Assembly (NCBI GenBank): GCA_965219995.1
Contig: CBDCOX010000002.1
Coordinates: 3,296,001-3,360,000, forward strand
DNA length: 64,000 nucleotides
Reading direction: 5' to 3'
Source: Candidatus Latescibacterota bacterium
GTDB taxonomy: Bacteria; Latescibacterota; UBA2968; GCA-2709665
How positions within the stretch are numbered: the stretch's first letter is position 1; the number at the start of each line of letters is the position of its first letter. The notes below the pieces were generated by a model. It made no database searches, was not told the DNA's origin, and saw only the letters and a list, made by a program, of their open reading frames with translations. Both the position numbers and the translations under genes were made by a program. Of this stretch, positions 57,054-64,000 are shown one piece after another.

Positions 57054-57956
57054 CTACTTCCGGAACCCGACAACGGGAACCACTTCAATTTCGAACAGCT
57101 TCGGCCATCGTTTCCCGGTCACGAACAAGCGCTTCCCTCCCGGATCGTAGGCGATTCCGTTCAACGCGGCATCCGCGCCGAGCCGTTCCCGTCCTGCCAA
57201 TAATCCGGTCAGATCGATCCAGCCCAACACCCGGCCGGACTCGGGATCGATTCTGGCGATCAGATCCGACTCCCAGACATTCGCAAAGACTTCGCCCTCA
57301 ACGTATTCGAGTTCGTTCAGACGGGTCACGAGGCCCTTGTCGTCCCGTACCTCCACCCGCCCGACCTCCTGAAACGTCCCCGGGTCCCTGAAAGACAGCG
57401 TGGGCGTTCCGTCGCTCACAATCAACCGACGTCCGTCGTGCGTAATGCCCCACCCCTCGGTGGCATAGGTGAATGACCGCGTGCGTTCGAATGTCTCCTT
57501 ATTGTAGACAAGGCCGGTCCGCGCCACCCAGGTCAGCTGGATGACGTGGTTTCCGAAGATCGTAATCCCTTCGCCGAAATAACGGGATTCCAGCGGCTGG
57601 AAACGGATGACGCGGCCCGTCTCCAGCACGACCTTGCGCAAGGAGGACCGCCCGTAAAGCCCTGTTCCCTCGAACAGGAAACCGTTCTCATAGACGAGAC
57701 CCTGGGTAAACGCGCCAGGATCGTGAGGGTACGTCCGAACGATCCGGTAGGTGTAACGGCGCGGCTTCCCGATCGAATCCTGATGGGAGGAAACGCCCCT
57801 GTGTCCGGATGCGGCCCGGACGGCGCTCGAATCCGCTCCCCGAACTTCCACCGCGGCGGACGCGACGAAAACAAACAGAATAATTCCAGGCAAATGGAAA
57901 ATGCCTGGAAGTCGGGAATGGGAGTGCCGGGTTTTGCTTCGAGACTGCGAGGTCAT
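57054..57956 (-). CDS. Glutaminyl-peptide cyclotransferase (type I, beta-propeller)
   Basis: YPHD.AFTQGL, EGTGLYG.S, FGEG, QLTW, EGWG, LNELE, ANVW, LNGIAY, TGKRW. Confidence 0.95.
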   Translation of the reverse strand: MTSQSRSKTRHSHSRLPGIFHLPGIILFVFVASAAVEVRGADSSAVRAASGHRGVSSHQDSIGKPRRYTYRIVRTYPHDPGAFTQGLVYENGFLFEGTGLYGRSSLRKVVLETGRVIRFQPLESRYFGEGITIFGNHVIQLTWVARTGLVYNKETFERTRSFTYATEGWGITHDGRRLIVSDGTPTLSFRDPGTFQEVGRVEVRDDKGLVTRLNELEYVEGEVFANVWESDLIARIDPESGRVLGWIDLTGLLAGRERLGADAALNGIAYDPGGKRLFVTGKRWPKLFEIEVVPVVGFRK

Positions 57957-58405
57957 TTCCCTCTGTCTTCTTGCCGAGATGCCGAGGGGTCGCCTTCAAT
58001 CCACTCTTCGCCGTCCGTCCACACTTCCTTCTTCCAGATCGGCACGGTTTCCTTCAACCGGTCAATCGCATAGTGACAGGCTTCCAGAGCGGCTTTGCGG
58101 TGCGGCGCCGAGATCGCAATCAACACGCTGGTCTCGCCGATATCCAATCGCCCCACCCGATGCAGCATGCCCACCCGGTCCACCTCCCACCGGTCCTTCA
58201 CCTCCCGGCCGATCTCCGCCATCTTCTTCTCGGCCATCTCCCGATAGGCATCGTACACCAGATAGCTGGTTCGGTGGCCCATGGAATGGTCACGGACCAC
58301 TCCGGCGAAGGTCGCCACCGCGCCATCCGAATCCCTCAGCACGGCGTCGTGCAGCGCATCCGCCCGTACGGGTTCTTCCTGAATTCGGTACAGATCACCG
58401 GACAT
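57953..58405 (-). CDS. moaE: Molybdopterin synthase catalytic subunit
   Basis: GAVATFAGVVRD, HRVGRL, SAPHR, LKETVPIWKKE. Confidence 0.95.
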   Translation of the reverse strand: MSGDLYRIQEEPVRADALHDAVLRDSDGAVATFAGVVRDHSMGHRTSYLVYDAYREMAEKKMAEIGREVKDRWEVDRVGMLHRVGRLDIGETSVLIAISAPHRKAALEACHYAIDRLKETVPIWKKEVWTDGEEWIEGDPSASRQEDRGK

Positions 58406-58697
58406 CGGCTCTCCCCTTCTTCAGGCCGCCTCTTGCAGCAGGTTGGACCGGCGCTCCCCCGCTTACCGGCGGGATAAGCGCCGCCTCGTCCCCATCTTGA
58501 AGCGGTTGAGACCTGTCCACGTACGCCTGGTTAACCGACACCATCAGGCTGGCTTCCATTTCCGTCAAGCGGGGGTGATCCGCCGCCAGCCGCGCCAGCA
58601 GATCGGACACACTTGCGCCATCGGACATGGTAATAGAGGTCTGGCTCTGTCCAACAAGGTCCCTGCACGACGCGAAAAACAAGACTTTGATTTCCAT
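58395..58697 (-). CDS. moaD: MoaD/ThiS sulfur carrier with a 19-aa extension after the GG motif
   Basis: MEIKVLFFASCRDLVG...SVNQAY...LQDGDEAALIPPVSGG followed by APVQPAARGGLKKGRADVR. Confidence 0.9.
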   Translation of the reverse strand: MEIKVLFFASCRDLVGQSQTSITMSDGASVSDLLARLAADHPRLTEMEASLMVSVNQAYVDRSQPLQDGDEAALIPPVSGGAPVQPAARGGLKKGRADVR

Positions 58698-58747
58698 CGG
58701 CCGTCCTCTGTGCTGCACCGCTGGAAGCATACGACAATATCGATCCG

Positions 58748-59749
58748 TTAACGCACACGGCTCAGCCTGGTGTTCTCCGTCATCCCCGGTCTGCGTCCCC
58801 GCTTCGCCACGGACCTGGCGCCGATGGTCTTTATATCGGCCGTAAAGTCGATCGGTGACGCGCCGCTGATCGCGCTGCCCACGCCGAACCCGTCCACCGG
58901 GGATCCCGCCCCTGCAAACTCCCGGATGCGTTCCGGCGTCATCCCGCCGCTTACGTAGATCTTCACCTCGCGGTGCCCGGCGCGGTCAAGCCTCTTCCGA
59001 ACCCGACACACGAGATCGGGGGTCACGCCACCCAGTTCAGAGGGTGTGTCGAGGCGCACGCCCAGCAAACGCCCTCCCATTGCCTCCGCCAATCGAACGC
59101 TCTCGTCCGCTTCATCCATGAACGTATCCACCAGCACGATCCGGCTTATCGATTCCGGCATGTGCCGGTCGAACGCCTGCGCTGCGGTCAGCGTGTCTCC
59201 CAAGATCAACATCAACGCGTGCGGCATGGTGCCCGTCGGGTCCCGGCCGGCCAGCTTCGCCCCGCCAGGCGTGGCGCATCCGGCGCAGCCGCCCACGATG
59301 GCCGAATACTCCATCCGGTCCGAAACCGCGGGATGGACGTGCCGGGCGCCAAAACTGATCACCGGAATACCCGCCGCGGCCGCCACGCATGACCTCGCCG
59401 CCGTCGCCCAGCCGCTCTTCTGGGCAAGCGTGCCCAGGTACGCGGTCTCGTAGATGCCGAAACTGCTGTACGGCGCCTGAATCCGGAGCACGACCTCCTT
59501 GCGGGACATCGGCTGACCCTCGCCAAGCGCCCAGACGGACGCGTTACCGGGCCACACCGCTTCGAGGTTTTCCAGAACCTCGGTCACTCCGCAAAGGATG
59601 CCGTCCCCGTTCGGAAACACCTCCATCGTCACAACGGGATCAATCTCTTCCCGAGCCAGAACCTCGCGAGTATTCAGAAAGTAGAGATCGGACCGATCTT
59701 CGTCGTAAAACGCCCGTTTCGGCAGCATGGGTTCGTCCGGTCCGGACAA
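58748..59749 (-). CDS. Nicotinate phosphoribosyltransferase (short type)
   Basis: DLYF, SFGARHVHP, GTMPHAL, LVDTF, VRLDTP, SGG, FGVGS. Start uncertain (59749 or 59728). Confidence 0.85.
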   Translation of the reverse strand: MSGPDEPMLPKRAFYDEDRSDLYFLNTREVLAREEIDPVVTMEVFPNGDGILCGVTEVLENLEAVWPGNASVWALGEGQPMSRKEVVLRIQAPYSSFGIYETAYLGTLAQKSGWATAARSCVAAAAGIPVISFGARHVHPAVSDRMEYSAIVGGCAGCATPGGAKLAGRDPTGTMPHALMLILGDTLTAAQAFDRHMPESISRIVLVDTFMDEADESVRLAEAMGGRLLGVRLDTPSELGGVTPDLVCRVRKRLDRAGHREVKIYVSGGMTPERIREFAGAGSPVDGFGVGSAISGASPIDFTADIKTIGARSVAKRGRRPGMTENTRLSRVR

Positions 59750-59797
59750 GTGTCCTGATTCCGGCGGTGATCAAGACTGGCGAACGCGGCCCTTGCA

Positions 59798-60646
59798 TCA
59801 CCGCGAATCGTATTTTCCTTTAGAAGCTGGCTTCAGCCGCTCCCGCATCGCATCCACGTATGAGAGCGGGACGTCCACACTGCCGATCATCGGGTTCCCT
59901 CTGCCGTCGCCGTGGCAGTCCGAACCCCCCGTACACAAGAGGTCGTTCTCCGCTGCAATCCTGGAATATCGTGCGACGTGAGAGGAATTATGCTTGGTGT
60001 GGCGCACCTCGATGCCATCGAGCCCGTCGGACACCATACCCGGAATCAGGTCGTCCTTCCGGTAGAGTCCGGGGTGCGCAAGACAGGCCAGCCCGCCCGC
60101 AGCCCTGATGACCTGGATGGCCCGGGACGGCGACTGCGAATACTTGGCTGCATACGCCGGTTTCGAATACCCCAGGTACTTGTGAAACGCTTCGTCAACC
60201 GAAAAAACCAGGCCCTCTTCCACCATCACGTCGGCGATATGCGGACGTCCTATCGCGCCCGGCCCCGCCCTGGAAAGAACCCTTTCCAGGGGAACCCGCA
60301 GCCCCATGCGATTCAACTTCTCCACCATCCGTTCCGCACGCTGCAGCCTGGCCTGTCGAAATGTGTCGAGCCATGAGATCAGGTCCGGGTGACTCGGGTC
60401 GATGAAGTATCCCAGGATATGCACGTCGGTACTGCCGATCCTGGCACTCAATTCAGTTCCCGGCACGACCTCCACACCCAGCCGCGCGCCTTCCTCCTGC
60501 GCCGCCGCAACGCCCTCTGTCGAGTCGTGATCCGTCAGGCTGATCACGCTGAGTCCGGCTGCTGCGGCCCGGCGCGCAACCTCTCGTGGCGTGAATGTCC
60601 CGTCGGAGCACGTCGAGTGCAGGTGAAGGTCGATGCGCCCCGTCAT
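59798..60646 (-). CDS. PHP-domain phosphoesterase (TrpH-like)
   Basis: DLHLHSTCSDG, LTDHD, GRPHIA, LAHP, GGSDCHG. Confidence 0.93.
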   Translation of the reverse strand: MTGRIDLHLHSTCSDGTFTPREVARRAAAAGLSVISLTDHDSTEGVAAAQEEGARLGVEVVPGTELSARIGSTDVHILGYFIDPSHPDLISWLDTFRQARLQRAERMVEKLNRMGLRVPLERVLSRAGPGAIGRPHIADVMVEEGLVFSVDEAFHKYLGYSKPAYAAKYSQSPSRAIQVIRAAGGLACLAHPGLYRKDDLIPGMVSDGLDGIEVRHTKHNSSHVARYSRIAAENDLLCTGGSDCHGDGRGNPMIGSVDVPLSYVDAMRERLKPASKGKYDSR

Positions 60647-61215
60647 GGTCCGGCCTTCGGATTGCCGGCCCGCACCGGGTCCAGGTAGGTCAACCCGCGC
60701 CGCTGGCGGCTGCCCTCACGCTTCAAGGCGACGAGTTGGCTCCGTAGAAGATTCCGTTTGATTGCGCTGAAATGATCCGTCACCAGAACGCCGTTCAGAT
60801 GATCGACCTCGTGCTGAACCGCACGGGCGGAAATGTCCGTCATCTCCTCGCAGACGACATTGCCGTTTCGATCAAGGGCATTGACACGGACCTGCGCCCG
60901 GCGGGTTACATCTCCGACCACCCCCGGCAGGCTCAGACATCCCTCTTCACCCTCGACCTCGCCGTCGCCCTGACTCAATTCCGGATTGATCAACACAGCC
61001 GGTTCGGCTTCAGGATCGGTGGGGCTCACGTCCAGTACCACCACGCGCAGGCTTACGCCAACCTGGGGCGCCGCGAGCCCGATTCCCTCCGCCTCGTACA
61101 TCGTCTCGAACATATCGTCCACGAGAGCCCGGATTTCTTCCGTTACGGCTTCAACCGGCCGCGCTCTTCTTCTCAGCGTTGGACATCCGAATTTTTTGAT
61201 CTCTAGCAGCGCCAC
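60643..61215 (-). CDS. def: Peptide deformylase
   Basis: GIGLAAPQ, EGCLS, QHEVDHL. Confidence 0.97.
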   Translation of the reverse strand: MALLEIKKFGCPTLRRRARPVEAVTEEIRALVDDMFETMYEAEGIGLAAPQVGVSLRVVVLDVSPTDPEAEPAVLINPELSQGDGEVEGEEGCLSLPGVVGDVTRRAQVRVNALDRNGNVVCEEMTDISARAVQHEVDHLNGVLVTDHFSAIKRNLLRSQLVALKREGSRQRRGLTYLDPVRAGNPKAGP

Positions 61216-61246
61216 TGTTCAGGTTCCGTATAGTGAGCGTCGGCGC

Positions 61247-62125
61247 TCATCTGCGCCGTATAGTCAGTAACGTTTCGTTCAGGCTCCCGCTTCGGTATCC
61301 CTGCATATCCACCGTGACGTACCGATATCCGATTTCCTTCAGGCGCGCGACAACCGGGTCGACGAGTCCCTCCTCGAAGAATCGTCCGATCTCCGCGGCC
61401 GGAACTTCAATGCGGGCGATGTCGTCATGGTGCCTCACCCGGACGAGGCTGAATCCCAGCGTCTTGAGAAAAGCCTCGGCCCGGTCGACCATCGAAAGCG
61501 CTTCCTCTGTCACGGGCGTCCCATAGGAAATGCGGGATGACAGGCACGCCGATGCGGGATGGTCCCAGGTCGGCAGGCCCCACGTTCTGGACAACAACCG
61601 GATTTCTTCTTTCGTCATGCCGACCTCGACCATCGGCGCCCGCACCCCACGGTCGCTGGCCGCCTTCATACCCGGCCTGAAGTCGCCCACGTCGTCCGCG
61701 ATGGCTCCATAAATCAGATATCGATAGCGTCCTCCGTACTTCGAGAGGACGTCATCCAATTCGTCCGCCAGCGCCGTCTTGCAGTGGTAGCAACGATCGG
61801 ACTCGTTCTTCACATAGTCGGGATTCTCCATTTCCCGTGTATGGACCACTTCCATCGCGATGCCGATCCTGGCCGCGAGAGCCCGCGCGTTCTCGAGTTC
61901 ACCGGTCGCATAACTGGCCGAAACCGCGGTCACCGCCAGCGCGTTCGATCCCAGCACCCTGTGCGCCGCCGCGGCCAGAAACGTGCTGTCCACGCCGCCC
62001 GAGAACGCCACGACCACACTCCCCAACCCGCCTAGAAGGTCTTCCAGCCGCCGCAGTTTTTCTTCGGCCTGCAGATTCCCGGCCCGCGTGTCTTCTCTCG
62101 TCTGTCGTCCGACAGGAAACGTCAC
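61247..62125 (-). CDS. larE: LarE-family ATP-dependent sulfur transferase (PP-loop)
   Basis: AFSGGVDS, RCYHCK, DFRPG, ACLSSRI.YG, VRVRHH..IARIE, GYRSGSLN; GTG 62125 overlaps the upstream stop and follows GGAGG. Confidence 0.9.
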   Translation of the reverse strand: MTFPVGRQTREDTRAGNLQAEEKLRRLEDLLGGLGSVVVAFSGGVDSTFLAAAAHRVLGSNALAVTAVSASYATGELENARALAARIGIAMEVVHTREMENPDYVKNESDRCYHCKTALADELDDVLSKYGGRYRYLIYGAIADDVGDFRPGMKAASDRGVRAPMVEVGMTKEEIRLLSRTWGLPTWDHPASACLSSRISYGTPVTEEALSMVDRAEAFLKTLGFSLVRVRHHDDIARIEVPAAEIGRFFEEGLVDPVVARLKEIGYRYVTVDMQGYRSGSLNETLLTIRRR

Positions 62126-63570
62126 TTGCGATCCTCCACTCCGCCAGGCATCACGACCGCATCGACCATCCCGTGCAATACCTTCTTGTCCGGCGGACAA
62201 ACCGTGGCCTGCACGCCGGACAACACGGGATGACCGTCCTGAATGAAGTAGTATGGCTGAATGCGCACCCGCCCTTTCAGGCGCATGATGCGGTCCGTCT
62301 CGAAATCGTAGTACGTCACCGGAAAGCGGGAACCCGTGTGGAACTCCTGCAGAATGTGCGGCGACCTGTCAAAATCGGCAAGCGCGGAGTCGATCGTCGT
62401 CCGCCAGTCCGACTCCGACATATCGTGGCCGACCGATACGCCCCGGCTGCCCCATGCCCGGTCGGAGAACCCGGACGGCTTGATCACGAAATGGCGCTGT
62501 TTCTGTTTCAGGCTGCCGAGGGCGCGCCAATCTCCGAAGGCCTGACCGTCCACGTTCAATCCCGGTATGACGCCGTAGGGCGGCAAGGGGCGCGGGTCCA
62601 GAATCCAGGTCTTCGGAAAGGTCTGCATCAGGAATGCCACGCCCTCTTCTCCCAGCTCGCGATCCCAGAACGAACGCAACATGGGATGGTGGAAGAGTGC
62701 CATCAACATCTTTTCTTCCAACTGCGCTTTCAGCGGCGGCGTTGCCTTTACCGTTCCCTTGCGAATGGCATACAGAATCAGATCCATCTTCGGGATGTTT
62801 TTCAGGTCGAACAATTCGAAGAAACGATAAAGCACATCGATCTGCCGCCTTCCTCCCGCGCCGTTCACGAACAGTCCGGCTTCGCTGAAGAGTACCTCCT
62901 CAGGGCGTACCACGTAGGTTTCCAGCCCCGCGCGATTCAGAGACTCGCCCAACCAGGTCATTTCAGGACGGTACCCCGAGGATTCCTCGGAAACCACAAC
63001 GCCGAGAACCGGTTCTTCCAATCCGGCAATCGACCGCACCATCCCCATGAATCCGTTCAGCATTCCGTTGGCGCCGCCCACGATGTCGAATCCGAATTGG
63101 CCGTACCGCTCCGCCAGGCTGGCCGTAAACCCGATACCACCCGGCACCGAATCCAGTTCGGATGCAATCGTTCCATAAGGAGTCGGGATCAAGTCCGGCC
63201 GGATCACCAGGGGCAGATGCTGTTTGAATCGGTTCATCCTGCCGTATCCGATGACGGTTTCCGGCTTTCCCCGGTCCAGGTATGCCGATACCCATGCGGG
63301 CTGAATATTGCGGACGCTCTGAGAATACAGAAGGTTGCAGGCTCTGTAAAATCCGTATAGATGGACGCCCAGGCGTTTCAGATGTTCGATCACCCGCGGC
63401 GGCATCCAGAACGGCTCGGGAGACACCCGCCACGGGCTGTTCGAATTCGGATGCACCGTGCGCTGCACGTCCGTATACAGGCCGCCGGAGGGCGTCATCC
63501 TGTCAATATGAAGGCTCCGCTCCTTCGCGTCCGTCAATTCAATCGGTTCCTGCTGCGCACAGATTCCCAT
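62122..63570 (-). CDS. ATP-grasp-like amide ligase (glutathionylspermidine-synthase-like), hypothetical
   Basis: IRPDL...SELDSVPGG, YRFFELFD, EEK, FPKTW, VIKPSG...GSRGV, ILQEF match the order of the GSP-synthase-type R-D/E/K/K-G-G/Q catalytic motifs. Confidence 0.6.
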   Translation of the reverse strand: MGICAQQEPIELTDAKERSLHIDRMTPSGGLYTDVQRTVHPNSNSPWRVSPEPFWMPPRVIEHLKRLGVHLYGFYRACNLLYSQSVRNIQPAWVSAYLDRGKPETVIGYGRMNRFKQHLPLVIRPDLIPTPYGTIASELDSVPGGIGFTASLAERYGQFGFDIVGGANGMLNGFMGMVRSIAGLEEPVLGVVVSEESSGYRPEMTWLGESLNRAGLETYVVRPEEVLFSEAGLFVNGAGGRRQIDVLYRFFELFDLKNIPKMDLILYAIRKGTVKATPPLKAQLEEKMLMALFHHPMLRSFWDRELGEEGVAFLMQTFPKTWILDPRPLPPYGVIPGLNVDGQAFGDWRALGSLKQKQRHFVIKPSGFSDRAWGSRGVSVGHDMSESDWRTTIDSALADFDRSPHILQEFHTGSRFPVTYYDFETDRIMRLKGRVRIQPYYFIQDGHPVLSGVQATVCPPDKKVLHGMVDAVVMPGGVEDRK

Positions 63571-63699
63571 GCCTCGCACCTGATCCGTTTCGGTAAATGA
63601 GCGGCCCGGCGGCCGAATCCGGGCAACCTGTTTCCGGGACAGAGCTCCTGTTTCCGCCAGGATACCGCGACGACTCGGCTTGCTTCCAACGGCGAATGC

Positions 63700-64000
63700 T
63701 CACGAACCGCTTCCCCCGCTCCGTCCCTGACGTCGTTTCGGCTTCCTGACTCTTTTCCACACCACGGTGGACCCGCCGATCCGGAGTCGCCGCCAGGGTT
63801 CGCCGGTGTCGCCGGTCTCACCGCTCTGCTCGCCGGGCTCCGAACCGGCGTCCCGGTGATTTCGGGCCCGGGGACGCGGTGCCGCGGATTTGTCGGCCGG
63901 CAGGAGCGCCTGAACGGATGACAGCGCTTCCGGAACGGAAAGCCCCTGGGCATCCGATTCATCCTGCAGGTTCAGGCGCGCGGCAGCGGCCTCATATACA
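63700..64000 (-). CDS. 3' end of an unidentified gene entering from the right edge
   Basis: Hand-translated open frame VYEAAAARLNLQDESD...WRRLRIGGSTVVWKRVRKPKRRQGRSGGSGS*, stop at 63700-63702. Confidence 0.4.
   Translation of the reverse strand, partial: VYEAAAARLNLQDESDAQGLSVPEALSSVQALLPADKSAAPRPRARNHRDAGSEPGEQSGETGDTGEPWRRLRIGGSTVVWKRVRKPKRRQGRSGGSGS

Noticed and set aside
1-64000. tRNA, rRNA, transposase, integrase, reverse transcriptase or prophage genes
   Set aside because: None recognised by eye; tRNAscan-SE and Infernal were not run, so small RNAs could be missed.

Overview
GC-rich bacterial chromosomal window. The gene content (four Gfo/Idh/MocA oxidoreductases, a PhyH dioxygenase, two heparinase II/III-like lyases, kelch and BNR proteins, dense intergenic palindromic repeats) resembles Latescibacterota/Poribacteria-type marine or sponge symbionts; this taxonomy is inference only. 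From left to right: the 5' part of an McrB-like gene missing from the ORF track; an SDR-queA-like-GAF kinase-NarL regulator operon; a catabolic gene run; a 22-47 kb region with four paralogous MacB/FtsX-type ABC permeases, one ATPase, one membrane-fusion protein, an ECF sigma factor, a DUF4097 lipoprotein and an NtrC-type two-component system; then lyase/hydrolase genes, a hicBA pair, and a tightly coupled run of ATP-grasp-like, larE, def, PHP, NAPRTase, moaD, moaE and glutaminyl cyclase genes. Most notable: (1) a three-times-repeated promoter module (sigma54 -24/-12 box, IHF-like site, tandem TGT-N-ACA enhancer at near-constant spacing) that links the scattered permease system into one putative regulon; (2) two permease genes bracketed like cassettes by a same-orientation REP-mosaic repeat family; (3) a 162-bp MITE inserted in frame and stop-free in hicA; (4) an unannotated 24-aa Arg-rich peptide gene with its own RBS and terminator; (5) a tandem PhyH protein with a halogenase-like HxG motif. 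I saw no rRNA, tRNA, CRISPR array, transposase or reverse transcriptase.
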